NCBI GenBank assembly: GCA_902559815.1
Contig: CACEJE010000005.1
Location: forward strand, 2,170 to 66,169
DNA: 64,000 nucleotides
DNA from: an uncultured Thiothrix sp.
Lineage (GTDB): Bacteria; Pseudomonadota; Gammaproteobacteria; Poriferisulfidales; GCA-002705445
Reading direction: 5' to 3'
Below are positions 1-10,303 of this stretch, one piece after another. The first letter of the stretch is position 1, and every line of letters begins with the position of its first letter. Under the pieces are notes generated by a model. The model was given only the letters and a program-made list of their open reading frames with translations, was not told the origin of the DNA and made no database searches. Made by a program: the position numbers and the translations under genes.

Positions 1-735
1 TATATAGAAAATTATAACGAATCAAACATTTTAATTATAAGATTACCATTATTGAAAGCTTCAGATTTTAAAAAGAACTATCTTGGTATAAAGAATAGTA
101 ACGTTGGGCTTATTAGGTTATTTGAGTTAACAAAAAAAAATATGGTTAATGAACTTTCAGAAATAGCAACAAAGTTCAATTATAATATTGATAAAAATTG
201 TATAAATTACATTTCTGATTTATATGAGGGAAATATGGTCGCAGCAAATCAAGCCTTAATAAAAATAAATTTATTGATTAATAAAAATGAAATTATAAAT
301 TTAGACTTTTTAAAAAAAGTTTTCTCAAGTGACGTTGATTTTGAAGCAATAAATTTAGTTGATTACTCTATTGAAGGAAATCTTGATAAAATTCAGTCTT
401 GTGTGAACTTTTTAAAAAAAAATAATTATCCTACGCAATATATTATTTGGTCATTTATAAGAACCTTTAGATCAATAATCTTTAACTTAGAGCTTATAAG
501 TCAAGGAAAGCCCATTGATGAAATTCTAAAAAATATCTGGCCTTATGAAAAAAAGAATTTAATGTCACTTTCTATAAAAAAGCTTTCAGTTAAAAAAATA
601 GAATCATATTTAGGTGTTCTTGTTAGAATTGATATGCAGTCGAAAAACGTACTTGATGAAAATGTATGGGATTCAATATATGATTTATCGGTATCTATTG
701 CAAAAAATAAACTTTCAGTTATTAAATATACTTAA
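1..735 (+). CDS. holA: DNA polymerase III delta subunit, C-terminal part (5' end lies outside the window)
   Basis: Frame is open from nt 1 with no stop before the listed ORF at 52. Sequence resembles the delta-subunit C-terminal domain, and its position upstream of proA fits. Confidence 0.45.
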   Translation, partial: YIENYNESNILIIRLPLLKASDFKKNYLGIKNSNVGLIRLFELTKKNMVNELSEIATKFNYNIDKNCINYISDLYEGNMVAANQALIKINLLINKNEIINLDFLKKVFSSDVDFEAINLVDYSIEGNLDKIQSCVNFLKKNNYPTQYIIWSFIRTFRSIIFNLELISQGKPIDEILKNIWPYEKKNLMSLSIKKLSVKKIESYLGVLVRIDMQSKNVLDENVWDSIYDLSVSIAKNKLSVIKYT

Positions 736-747
736 TATAATAGAGAT

Positions 748-2004
748 ATGAATATAAAAGAATATGTAAATAAAATGTGTGTTGCTTCAAAAGCATCTTC
801 TGAAATTATATCGTGCTTGAGTGAAAGCAAAAAAAATGCGATTTTAAAATCATTAATTGATGAAATAGATAATAATAAGAATAATATTATTGAAGCGAAC
901 AATAAAGACCTTGAAATAATAAAATCTTCAGAGAATTTTGCAAATTCTTTTGTAGATAGATTAATGATAAATGAAGACAGAATCAATTCAATGACTCAAA
1001 GCATACAAGAAATAATTGATTTTAAGGATCCTGTTGGAGAAATAAGAAATCTCCAGACAATGTCAAGCGGCATTAAGGTTGGAAAAATGTCAATGCCATT
1101 AGGTGTTATTGCAATGATATACGAATCAAGACCAAACGTAACAATTGACGCGTCTGCTTTGTCAATAAAATCTGGAAACTCTATAATTTTGAGAGGAGGC
1201 TCGGAATCAATAAATACAAATATTATTCTTTCTAACTGCATTACAAACTCTTTAGTAGCCAATAATGTTGATAAAAATGTAGTGCAATTAGTTGATAAAA
1301 CAGATAGAAAAATTGTTAATGAGCTTCTTGTTCAAAATAACTATATTGATATTGTAATTCCACGCGGTGGAAAAAATTTAATAAAGCTAGTTGACGATTT
1401 ATCAACTATATCAGTGTTAAGACATCTTGATGGAATATGCCATGTTTATGTTGACGAATTTGCAGACATTAATAAAGCAATAAGTATTTGTATCAACTCA
1501 AAAACCCAAAGGACAGGTGTTTGCAATGCAATGGAAACTCTTATTGTTAATTCTAAAGTAGCAAATATTTTTTTACCATTGTTGGAAGCAGAACTAATTT
1601 TAAAAGATGTTGAGATTCGTGGCTGCAAAAAAACTAAAGAAATTTTAGATTCTGCTTCTCTTGCAACTGATGAAGACTGGTCAACTGAATACTTGGATTC
1701 GATACTATCAATTATTATAGTGGATAATTGTAACGATGCGATAAAACATATATCTAAATATGGGTCTGGACATACTGATGTTATAGTAACTGAAGATAAC
1801 GCTATAGCTAATTTATTTTTAAGAAACGTTGATTCAAGTTCAGTTATGCATAATGCATCTTCAAGATTTGCAGATGGCTTTGAATATGGATTAGGAGCTG
1901 AGATTGGTATAAGTACAAACAAACTTCATGCTAGGGGGCCTGTTGGTATTGAGGGGCTGACAAATGAAAAATTTGTTGTTATTGGCGATGGTAATATAAG
2001 GTAA
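748..2004 (+). CDS. proA: Gamma-glutamyl phosphate reductase
   Basis: 418 aa with aldehyde dehydrogenase-like fold. The IYESRPNVTIDA and RGGSE motifs are typical of ProA. Confidence 0.85.
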   Translation: MNIKEYVNKMCVASKASSEIISCLSESKKNAILKSLIDEIDNNKNNIIEANNKDLEIIKSSENFANSFVDRLMINEDRINSMTQSIQEIIDFKDPVGEIRNLQTMSSGIKVGKMSMPLGVIAMIYESRPNVTIDASALSIKSGNSIILRGGSESINTNIILSNCITNSLVANNVDKNVVQLVDKTDRKIVNELLVQNNYIDIVIPRGGKNLIKLVDDLSTISVLRHLDGICHVYVDEFADINKAISICINSKTQRTGVCNAMETLIVNSKVANIFLPLLEAELILKDVEIRGCKKTKEILDSASLATDEDWSTEYLDSILSIIIVDNCNDAIKHISKYGSGHTDVIVTEDNAIANLFLRNVDSSSVMHNASSRFADGFEYGLGAEIGISTNKLHARGPVGIEGLTNEKFVVIGDGNIR

Positions 2005-2008
2005 AAAA

Positions 2009-3122
2009 ATGACAAAGACTATAAACGATTATGAATCTCAATTAATTGATATCAAAAATAATATTGATGAAATTGGGAGGTATCTTTGACATAGATAATA
2101 AAAAAAAAGATAAAGATGATTTAGAAATTAAGCTTCAAGATGAAAAAATATGGTCTGATAGAGAAAAATTACTGTCTTTATCTAAAAAAAAATCTTTACT
2201 AGAAAAAGATATATATGAATTTAACAATATTATTGATCAGTTTCAACAGCTTCAAGAGTTTATGGATTTATATAAAGACGATCCATCTGATGAGTTAGAA
2301 GAATATATTTCAACAGAAATAAAAAAAATAAATATAATTACTGAGAAGCTTTCTTTTGTAAAAATATTTAATGGTAAATCAGATTTATGTAACGCTTTTG
2401 TAGATATTCAATCTGGGTCTGGAGGTACAGAAGCTCAGGATTGGGCTGAAATGCTTGTGAGAATGTATTCTCGCTGGGGTGAAAAGCACGATTTTGATAT
2501 TGAGACTATTGATATTACAAGTGGTGACGTAGCAGGAATTAAAAGTGCTACTTTAAAATTTAATGGGCCATATGCTTTTGGATGGCTTAAAACAGAAACT
2601 GGTGTTCATAGGTTAGTTAGAAAATCTCCATTTGATTCTGGAAACAGAAGACATACATCTTTTGCATCGGTGTTTGTCTCTCCGGAAATTAATGATGATA
2701 TAGAAATTGATATAGACCCAAGCGATTTAAGGGTAGATGTGTTTAGAGCGAGTGGTGCTGGGGGTCAGCACGTTAATAAAACAGAGTCTGCAGTAAGAAT
2801 TACACATTTAAAAACAGGTGTTGTTACTCAATGTCAAAATGGAAGGTCGCAGCACAAAAATAAAGAAACAGCTATGAAGCAGCTAAAAGCCAAATTATAT
2901 GAAATTGAAATACAAAAAAAGAAAAATGAGCAAGACAGTATAGAAAATGAGAAAGCTGATATAGGGTGGGGTAGTCAAATAAGATCATATGTTTTAGACC
3001 AATCAAGAATTAAAGATTTAAGAACAAATATTGAAACAAGCAACACTCAATCTGTTTTAGATGGTAATATTGATTTATTTATAAAAGAAAGCTTAAAAGT
3101 AGGTGACAATAATGAACGATAA
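2009..3122 (+). CDS. prfB: Peptide chain release factor 2, requiring a programmed +1 ribosomal frameshift
   Basis: Frame 0 runs from ATG 2009 (MTKTINDYESQLIDIKNNIDEIGRYL) to an in-frame TGA at 2087-2089. The context GGGAGG-TAT-CTT-TGA-C is the canonical RF2 shift site. The +1 frame continues from 2088 (DIDNKKK...) to 3122 and carries the GGQ and SPF motifs. Confidence 0.85.
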
Positions 3123-4590
3123 AATCGATGATTCGCATAGATTAATTCTCGAAAGACGAAGAAAATTAGATTTACTTAAAGAAAATGGTAACAATTACCT
3201 TAATAGTTTTAAAGATAATATTAGTTGCAAAGATATTAGAGAAGCTTCTGCTAGTGATAATGTTATTGCTAATGAAGAAAAAATATTTATTGTTATGGGT
3301 AGAATGATGTCTAAGAGAATAATGGGCAAGTCAAGCTTTGCTAGCATTAAAGACGAGTCTGGTAATATACAGTTTTTCGTAGACAAAACTAAATTTTCTG
3401 AAGAAAACTTTAAACTTTTTAAAAATTCTGATGTAGGAGATATTGTATATGTTAAAGGGTTTCTATTTAAAACTAAAACAGACGAACTCACTATTAATTG
3501 TTTAGAATTTAATATTGTTACAAAATCATTAAGACCATTACCAGAAAAATTTCATGGTCTGTCTGATCAAGAAATTAAATATAGAAAAAGATATTTAGAC
3601 CTAATATGTAATGAAGACACTTGGACTACTTTTAACGAAAGATTTAAAATAATAAAGTCTATTCGGAGTTTTTTTGATAGCAAAGGATTTATTGAAGTCG
3701 AAACCCCTATGATGCAGAAAATTCCCGGGGGCGCTACAGCTAGACCATTTATTACGCATCATAATACATTAGATATAGATTTGTATATGAGAATCGCACC
3801 GGAATTATATTTAAAAAGACTTATAGTAGGCGGTTTTGAGAAAATATATGAGATTAATAGAAATTTTAGAAACGAGGGTGTCTCATCAAAACATAATCCG
3901 GAATTCACTATGATTGAATTTTACCAAACTTATTCAAATTATTTAGATATGATGAGTCTTACTGAGGAACTTCTAAAAAATATTGTAAAAAAAGTAAAAG
4001 GAACTACAGTTGTAGAATACCAAGGTAAATCAATAAATTTTGGTAAATCGTTTAAACGAATAACACTTAAAAAATCAATTTTAGAATTTACAAATAAATT
4101 GAACACTAAAGATTTAGAAGACAAGGAAAAACTAATAAATTTTTCTAAAGAATTAAACATAGAAGTAAATAATTCTTTTTCGATTGGAGAATTACAATTC
4201 TTAATATTTGAAAAAATTGTAGAGCCAAATTTAATAGACCCAACATTTATTACGGAATATCCAATTGAGGTTTCTCCTCTAGCAAGAGTCAATGAAAAAG
4301 ATCCATCTATTGCTGACCGTTTTGAATTTTTTATTATGGGTAAAGAAATAGCTAATGGTTTTTCAGAATTAAATGATCCTGATGATCAAAGAAAAAGATT
4401 TGAGGATCAGGTAAAGTTAAAAAATTCAGGAGATGATGAGGCAATGTATTTAGATGATGATTATATTGAAGCATTAGAATATGGAATGCCTCCAACTGCT
4501 GGAGAGGGCATCGGTATTGATAGACTAGTAATGATTTTAACGAATTCACCTTCAATCAGAGATGTGTTGTTATTTCCACTGATGAGATAG
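3103..4590 (+). CDS. lysS: Lysyl-tRNA synthetase, class II (true start may be the ATG at 3112)
   Basis: 495 aa with class II aaRS motifs (GGATARPF, FRNEG) and an OB-fold N-terminus. Position immediately after prfB matches E. coli. Confidence 0.9.
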   Translation: MTIMNDKIDDSHRLILERRRKLDLLKENGNNYLNSFKDNISCKDIREASASDNVIANEEKIFIVMGRMMSKRIMGKSSFASIKDESGNIQFFVDKTKFSEENFKLFKNSDVGDIVYVKGFLFKTKTDELTINCLEFNIVTKSLRPLPEKFHGLSDQEIKYRKRYLDLICNEDTWTTFNERFKIIKSIRSFFDSKGFIEVETPMMQKIPGGATARPFITHHNTLDIDLYMRIAPELYLKRLIVGGFEKIYEINRNFRNEGVSSKHNPEFTMIEFYQTYSNYLDMMSLTEELLKNIVKKVKGTTVVEYQGKSINFGKSFKRITLKKSILEFTNKLNTKDLEDKEKLINFSKELNIEVNNSFSIGELQFLIFEKIVEPNLIDPTFITEYPIEVSPLARVNEKDPSIADRFEFFIMGKEIANGFSELNDPDDQRKRFEDQVKLKNSGDDEAMYLDDDYIEALEYGMPPTAGEGIGIDRLVMILTNSPSIRDVLLFPLMR

Positions 4591-4592
4591 TC

Positions 4593-4739
4593 TTAGTAAC
4601 CAAGAAAAGCAAATATAATTATTACTATAAAAATTATTAATAAAATTATTAATGGAATTACAAACTCATTTTTCTTTCTATTTGCAAATAAAATTAGAAG
4701 AAATATAGCTATACACAAGATAATTAAATACTTAACCAT
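4593..4739 (-). CDS. Possible 48-aa two-helix membrane peptide (absent from the ORF track)
   Basis: Its ATG overlaps the ygfZ stop (ATGGTTAA). It translates to MVKYLIILCIAIFLLILFANRKKNEFVIPLIILLIIFIVIIIFAFLGY. It fills an otherwise unexplained 140-nt gap, but a chance ORF in AT-rich DNA cannot be excluded. Confidence 0.2.
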   Translation of the reverse strand: MVKYLIILCIAIFLLILFANRKKNEFVIPLIILLIIFIVIIIFAFLGY

Positions 4740-5727
4740 TATTTAACACCTCCTCTATAATTTCTATTTTATCACCATAGTAAACTAAAAGTGATTTTTT
4801 TATAGATTCTTTTCTTAAAGATCCTAGGCAAATATATTCATTTTTACCAGAACAAACGACGTTGACTATGTGACCGCAGACCTTATTATTATCTACTTCT
4901 TTCAACTCATCTCCAATTAATATTTCTTTTGATGACATAATTTCAAAATAATAAAGAGCTTTTTTTGCTTCTCCGAGATAATGAGTTCTAGCAACTATTT
5001 CCTGCCCAGGATAACATCCTTTCTCAAATGAAACGCCATTTAATATATCAAGAGATAGCATTTGAGGTGTAAATGACTCAATAAATTTTTTGTAAATAAA
5101 TGGAATCTTATTTTTTATGTCACAGAAATCCCAAGCCTTATAACCAAGTAAATTTACCTTTTCAAGATCTATACATTTATCAATGTCTTTTTGATTTATA
5201 GATAAAATAATTGATTTATTATCTATTGAAAAAACTATCGTATCTTGGTTATCACTATATTTTTTGATATTTGGTTTGACCGAATTTAATGAATTATTTT
5301 TAACGTCTTTTACACCTATAAGCTCGTTTTCTATAATTGTAAAATCAACTTTTGACATCATTTTATACATGTTTAATTTATCAATTAGCAATTTTGAAGA
5401 ATCTAAAGTTGTATATAAGTAATAGCTTTTATCTATTTGAAATATATAGAAAATTGATATAATTCTTCCTTTTGGATTACAATATCCTGAGAGAATTATA
5501 TTTTTATCTTTAAGGGTTTTTATGTCATTTGTAAATTGAGAATTCAAAAAACTCTCAGCATCATCACCAGTGCATTTTATTAGTACTTTATTTTTTAGTA
5601 CAGAAATTGAATAATTATTTGTTATTTTGTTGATTTCTTCTTCCGGTTGATAATTATATTGAAGACCATAATCATCATAATATGCTATATTTGTGAGGTA
5701 TTTTTTTAAAAAATCGTATATCATATG
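4732..5727 (-). CDS. ygfZ: Folate-binding YgfZ/GcvT-like protein (Fe-S cluster repair/assembly factor); the track ORF extends to 5763 using a TTG
   Basis: Aminomethyltransferase-like fold and the C-terminal KGCYPGQE signature typical of YgfZ. The ATG at 5725-5727 (MIYDFL...) is the more likely start. Confidence 0.65.
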   Translation of the reverse strand, partial: HMIYDFLKKYLTNIAYYDDYGLQYNYQPEEEINKITNNYSISVLKNKVLIKCTGDDAESFLNSQFTNDIKTLKDKNIILSGYCNPKGRIISIFYIFQIDKSYYLYTTLDSSKLLIDKLNMYKMMSKVDFTIIENELIGVKDVKNNSLNSVKPNIKKYSDNQDTIVFSIDNKSIILSINQKDIDKCIDLEKVNLLGYKAWDFCDIKNKIPFIYKKFIESFTPQMLSLDILNGVSFEKGCYPGQEIVARTHYLGEAKKALYYFEIMSSKEILIGDELKEVDNNKVCGHIVNVVCSGKNEYICLGSLRKESIKKSLLVYYGDKIEIIEEVLNNG

Positions 5728-5762
5728 CAACTTTAAAATTATTTTAATATTTAAGGAAAACA

Positions 5763-6146
5763 ATGTCAGGATCTAAAACACCATTGTCGCCACATTTACA
5801 AGTATACAGATTACCTCTTGTTGCGCTTGTGTCAATATCACATCGTATGTGTGGAGTCATTAATGGTATAGGTTATGCAATATTTATAATTTTCTTATTA
5901 TCCATTGCATCAGGTACCGAATTCTATAGTATAAGCCATATTATAATATCAAGTATATATGCAAAAATATTAATGAGTATGTGGGTGTTTTCTTTTTACT
6001 TGCACTTATCGAATGGAATTAGGCATTTAGCTTGGGACTTTGGCTATGGTTTTAGTGGAAAATCTCCTTTAATATCATCTCTATTAGTACTTAGTTCTGC
6101 AGTTTTATTAACCTTTTTTACTGTTTTGCTGTATTTTGGTATCTAA
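5763..6146 (+). CDS. sdhC: Succinate dehydrogenase cytochrome b556 subunit
   Basis: Carries the PLSPHLQVYRLP...SISHR motif and three TM helices, and is first gene of the sdh operon. Confidence 0.75.
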   Translation: MSGSKTPLSPHLQVYRLPLVALVSISHRMCGVINGIGYAIFIIFLLSIASGTEFYSISHIIISSIYAKILMSMWVFSFYLHLSNGIRHLAWDFGYGFSGKSPLISSLLVLSSAVLLTFFTVLLYFGI

Positions 6147-6164
6147 ATGTAGAAGGAGAAAAGA

Positions 6165-6506
6165 TTGATTCACGGAAAAAAACATTGGCTTTATCATAGA
6201 TTTTCTGCAATATTTTTAGCACCTCTAATGCTCTGGTTAATATATTCTTTAAGTTTTATAAATATATTTTCTTATGAAAATATTACTTTCTGGATAAGTA
6301 ACACAACAAACTTCATTCTTTTATTTATATTGATCATCATTTCAGCAAGCCATTTCCAACTTGGTATTCAGGTTATTCTTGAAGACTATATTTCTCAAGC
6401 AGAAAAAAGAAATTTTTACATAAAACTTTTACACGTTATTTATTTAATTTTTTGTTTGTTGGGTCTTAGCTCTATTTCAATAATTTATTTCGGAGTTCAA
6501 ATATAA
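6165..6506 (+). CDS. sdhD: Succinate dehydrogenase hydrophobic membrane anchor
   Basis: 113-aa polytopic membrane protein between sdhC and sdhA. Confidence 0.6.
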   Translation: MIHGKKHWLYHRFSAIFLAPLMLWLIYSLSFINIFSYENITFWISNTTNFILLFILIIISASHFQLGIQVILEDYISQAEKRNFYIKLLHVIYLIFCLLGLSSISIIYFGVQI

Positions 6507-8294
6507 ATGAATAAAGATTACGAGATGATAACCCATGAATATGACGTTATTGTAGTTGGGGCTGGGGGTGCAGGCTTAAGAGCTACTTTAGGCATGGCAA
6601 CAGAAGGTCTAAAAACTGCTTGTATAACAAAAGTTTTTCCAACAAGAAGTCATACTGTTGCTGCTCAAGGTGGCATGAGTGCAGCTCTTGGAAACATGGG
6701 GGAAGATGATTGGCGCTGGCATATGTACGACACTATTAAAGGTTCTGATTGGTTGGGGGATCAAGATGCAATTGAATATATGTGTAGAGAAGCTATACCT
6801 TCTGTAATAGAACTTGAGCATTATGGAGTACCTTTTTCAAGAACTGAAGCTGGTAAAATATATCAAAGACCATTTGGTGGAATGACAACTCATTATGGTG
6901 AAGGAACGGCACAAAGAACTTGTGCTGCAGCAGACAGAACAGGACATTCAATTCTTCACACTTTGTATCAACAATCATTAAAATATAAAGCAGAATTTTT
7001 TATAGAATATTTTGCAATAGATTTAGTAATGGATAATGGAGAGTGCGTTGGAGTAGTAGCAATCGATTTAGCCTCCGGAAAATTACACTTATTCAAAGGG
7101 CATGTTACTTTATTGGCAACAGGTGGCTATGGCAGGGCTTATTTTTCAGCTACATCAGCACATACTTGTACTGGAGATGGGGGTGGAATGGCTCAAAGAG
7201 CAGGGGTGCCTTTACAAGACATGGAATTTACTCAATTTCACCCAACAGGCATTTATGGCGCTGGCTGCTTAATTACTGAAGGTTCAAGAGGCGAAGGTGG
7301 ATATTTAACAAACTCTGACGGTGAAAGGTTTATGGAAAGATATGCTCCAAATGCTAAAGACTTGGCTTCAAGGGATGTTGTTAGCAGGTCAATGACAATT
7401 GAAATAAATGAAGGTAGAGGTGTTGGAAAAGACAAAGATCATATTGAGCTTCATTTAGAGCATTTAGGAGAAGATGTTATTAACGAAAAACTCCCAGGTA
7501 TTGCTGAATCGGCAAAGATTTTTGCGGGCGTTGATGTAACAAAAGCACCTATACCTGTAATACCTACCGTTCATTATAACATGGGTGGAATACCAACAAA
7601 TTATCTTGGTGAAGTCATAAAACCTAAAAATATAAATGACGAAACAATTGTGCCTGGATTAATGGCTATCGGTGAAGCATCTTGCGTATCTGTTCACGGT
7701 GCTAATAGATTAGGTTCAAATTCACTATTAGATTTAATTGTATTTGGAAGAGCAGCTGCAAAACAAGCCGCAAAACTAGTGAAGCCTGGAGCTGCGCACA
7801 AAGAGACCAATAAAAATGCTATTGATAAAATTGTATCGAGATTCGATAAAGTTAGATTTTCTTCTGGAGATAACTTACCTTCCCATTTGAGATTGAAATT
7901 GCAGAAAGAAATGCAAAGGAGTGTAGCTGTTTTTAGAACAGAAAAAACTCTAGAAGAAGGTAGAAAAATTATACATTCTTTATATAAAGATTTTTCGAAT
8001 ATAAACCTAAGTGATCGATCTATGAAATGGAATACAGAACTTTTAGAGACGCTTGAGCTTGAAAACTTACTTACCCAGTCTATAGTTTCTGTAGAGTCGG
8101 CATATAATAGGAAAGAATCAAGAGGAGCTCATGCTCGTGATGATTTTCCAGATAGAAATGATAACGAGTGGATGAAACATACAATTGCATACATTAACGA
8201 TAATGGTATAGTCGATATAGATTATAGAAAAGTTGTATTAACAACTTTAACTGATGAAGTTGAAGCTGTTCCACCTAAAAAGAGAGTGTACTAA
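6507..8294 (+). CDS. sdhA: Succinate dehydrogenase flavoprotein subunit
   Basis: 595 aa with the FAD-binding GAGGAG motif, the [10 protein letters not shown] covalent-FAD histidine region and HGANRLG. Confidence 0.95.
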   Translation: MNKDYEMITHEYDVIVVGAGGAGLRATLGMATEGLKTACITKVFPTRSHTVAAQGGMSAALGNMGEDDWRWHMYDTIKGSDWLGDQDAIEYMCREAIPSVIELEHYGVPFSRTEAGKIYQRPFGGMTTHYGEGTAQRTCAAADRTGHSILHTLYQQSLKYKAEFFIEYFAIDLVMDNGECVGVVAIDLASGKLHLFKGHVTLLATGGYGRAYFSATSAHTCTGDGGGMAQRAGVPLQDMEFTQFHPTGIYGAGCLITEGSRGEGGYLTNSDGERFMERYAPNAKDLASRDVVSRSMTIEINEGRGVGKDKDHIELHLEHLGEDVINEKLPGIAESAKIFAGVDVTKAPIPVIPTVHYNMGGIPTNYLGEVIKPKNINDETIVPGLMAIGEASCVSVHGANRLGSNSLLDLIVFGRAAAKQAAKLVKPGAAHKETNKNAIDKIVSRFDKVRFSSGDNLPSHLRLKLQKEMQRSVAVFRTEKTLEEGRKIIHSLYKDFSNINLSDRSMKWNTELLETLELENLLTQSIVSVESAYNRKESRGAHARDDFPDRNDNEWMKHTIAYINDNGIVDIDYRKVVLTTLTDEVEAVPPKKRVY

Positions 8295-8296
8295 TC

Positions 8297-9082
8297 GTGG
8301 CTAAATTTAAACTTCCATTAAACTCAATAGTTAAAAACGGAAAATATTTTAAATGTGAATCTGATAATAAAGATAATATAAGAGTATTTAAAATATATAG
8401 ATACGACCCGGACGATCAAAAAAATCCAAGAGTCGATACATATGAAATTGACACAGCAGACTGTGGACCAATGGTTTTAGATGCTTTATTAAAAATTAAA
8501 AATGAAATTGATACAACTATTACATTTCGAAGATCCTGTCGAGAAGGCATTTGTGGTTCATGTTCAATGAATATTGATGGAAGAAATACACTTGCTTGCA
8601 CAAAAAGTATTGATGAAATAAAAGGTGATATAAAAATTTATCCATTACCTCATATGCCTGTCGTAAAAGATTTAGTTACAGATCTTACAAATTTTTATAA
8701 ACAATATGAATCTGTCCAACCTTGGTTGCAAGCGGATGAACCCGAAAATAAAGAAAAAGAAAGACTTCAGTCAAAAGAAGAGCTATCAGAGCTTGATGGT
8801 TCAGACGAATGTATTTTGTGTGCCTGTTGCTCAACTAGTTGTCCTAGCTATTGGTGGAATAGTGATAAATATTTGGGCCCAGCTACTTTAATGCAAGCTT
8901 ATAGATGGATAGCTGATTCTCGTGATAATAAAACAAATGAAAGACTCAAGCATCTTGAAGACACTTTTAAACTTTATAAATGTCATACAATTATGAATTG
9001 CACAAACGCTTGTCCAAAGGGTTTAAATCCAGCAAAACAAATCGCAAAAATAAAATCATTAATAGTATCTAATAAAATTTAG
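8297..9082 (+). CDS. sdhB: Succinate dehydrogenase iron-sulfur subunit
   Basis: Has a 2Fe-2S CRxGxCGSC motif and CxxCxxCxxxCP clusters. Confidence 0.9.
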   Translation: MAKFKLPLNSIVKNGKYFKCESDNKDNIRVFKIYRYDPDDQKNPRVDTYEIDTADCGPMVLDALLKIKNEIDTTITFRRSCREGICGSCSMNIDGRNTLACTKSIDEIKGDIKIYPLPHMPVVKDLVTDLTNFYKQYESVQPWLQADEPENKEKERLQSKEELSELDGSDECILCACCSTSCPSYWWNSDKYLGPATLMQAYRWIADSRDNKTNERLKHLEDTFKLYKCHTIMNCTNACPKGLNPAKQIAKIKSLIVSNKI

Positions 9083-9083
9083 A

Positions 9084-9326
9084 ATGAATGAAAAAGAAAT
9101 TCTTTGGAGATGCAGAAGAGGCACAAAGGAACTTGATATATTAATGACAGGTTTCTATAATTTGTATTACAAAACAGCAACAAAATCACAAAAATCAGGT
9201 TTTATAAAGTTATTATCCTACGAAGACCCAATAATTTATGATCTTATATTAAATAAAATATCGTTAAAAGACATTGAAGTTAATGAAATTGCTGATATGA
9301 TACGTACTATGAGTTTAAAAGATTAA
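9084..9326 (+). CDS. sdhE: FAD assembly factor SdhE (SDHAF2/YgfY family)
   Basis: 80 aa with a WRCRRGTKELD (RGxxE) motif, sitting immediately after sdhB. Confidence 0.65.
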   Translation: MNEKEILWRCRRGTKELDILMTGFYNLYYKTATKSQKSGFIKLLSYEDPIIYDLILNKISLKDIEVNEIADMIRTMSLKD

Positions 9327-9396
9327 AAACTTTTTACTCATAAAATATAAAATTAGTTATCTAATTTTTTTGATTAATACAATATAGAAGAAAAAT

Positions 9397-9612
9397 ATGT
9401 CAGATAGAGAAACAGGTACAGTTAAATGGTTTAATGATTCAAAAGGTTACGGATTTATTCAAAGAGAAAGTGGTAAAGACGTTTTTGTACATTTTGGAGC
9501 AATTAAAATTGAAGGTGACGGTTATAGAACTCTTAAAGAAGGACAAGCAGTAGAGTTTACAGTTACTGAAAGTGAAAAAGGTTTAACTGCTACAGACGTA
9601 GAAGCTAAATAA
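9397..9612 (+). CDS. cspA: Cold-shock protein, CspA family
   Basis: 71 aa carrying the RNP motifs [15 protein letters not shown] and VFVHF. Confidence 0.9.
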   Translation: MSDRETGTVKWFNDSKGYGFIQRESGKDVFVHFGAIKIEGDGYRTLKEGQAVEFTVTESEKGLTATDVEAK

Positions 9613-9803
9613 AAATCACCAGCTTAATTATAAATAAAATTATTGTAAATATATTTTACAATATTTGATTAAATGATTTTTTTTGTGCTTTTATGAAATT
9701 CTAAACATAATTTGGTACTAATTTCATTTTACTTTAATTATTTTTTATAATTACTTTGTTTAAATTATTAGACAGGTTTAGTGATGCTGTGTATTATTAA
9801 TCT

Positions 9804-10271
9804 ATGTTAGAGATTAGTAATTTCAATTCTGTAAGCAAAAATAACTTTCTTTCTTTAATGAGATCTTATGAAAGTAATTTTATATTATTATCGAAGCTTA
9901 TTGATTTAGATATTGTAAAAAATAAGTCTTTAGGTAAAAAATTTGAATCTGGATTGATAGATTCAAATAAGAAGATGCACTTTTACATTGAATCAATTTC
10001 AAAACACACTGCCATTGTAAAATTTTTAAACAATGATTTTGATGATAATTTATATTTAGATATTGTGAAAATAAAAATTTATTTTGATTCAAAGCAAGTT
10101 GAAATTCTTAATCATAAAAATACTAATTATTACGATTTAAATACTAATAAAGATATTCAAATATTTCATAATGTACGTCTTACCAAGTGGTACAAGAGCT
10201 ATTTTTTGTCATTGTGGATTAATGGCTGCTTGAAAAAAGGTTATTCATTTGATTCAAAGTCTGAAGTATAA
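9804..10271 (+). CDS. Hypothetical protein
   Basis: 155-aa ORF with no recognisable motifs. Confidence 0.35.
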   Translation: MLEISNFNSVSKNNFLSLMRSYESNFILLSKLIDLDIVKNKSLGKKFESGLIDSNKKMHFYIESISKHTAIVKFLNNDFDDNLYLDIVKIKIYFDSKQVEILNHKNTNYYDLNTNKDIQIFHNVRLTKWYKSYFLSLWINGCLKKGYSFDSKSEV

Positions 10272-10303
10272 TCTTAAAAAATTTTTAATTTAATTGATGT
10301 ATT

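Noticed and set aside
732-1922. Minus-strand ORFs (84, 88 and 158 aa) overlapping proA
   Set aside because: They are antisense to a confidently identified gene, and the peptides are hydrophobic and low-complexity.
2101-2108. A8 homopolymer early in prfB as an alternative slippage site
   Set aside because: Recoding is fully explained by the canonical CTT TGA C site at 2084-2090. The A-run lies in the resumed frame and encodes KKK.
6609-7435. Four antisense or out-of-frame ORFs (60-78 aa) inside sdhA
   Set aside because: They lie entirely inside a highly conserved, well-supported gene and have low-complexity products. They are shadow ORFs.
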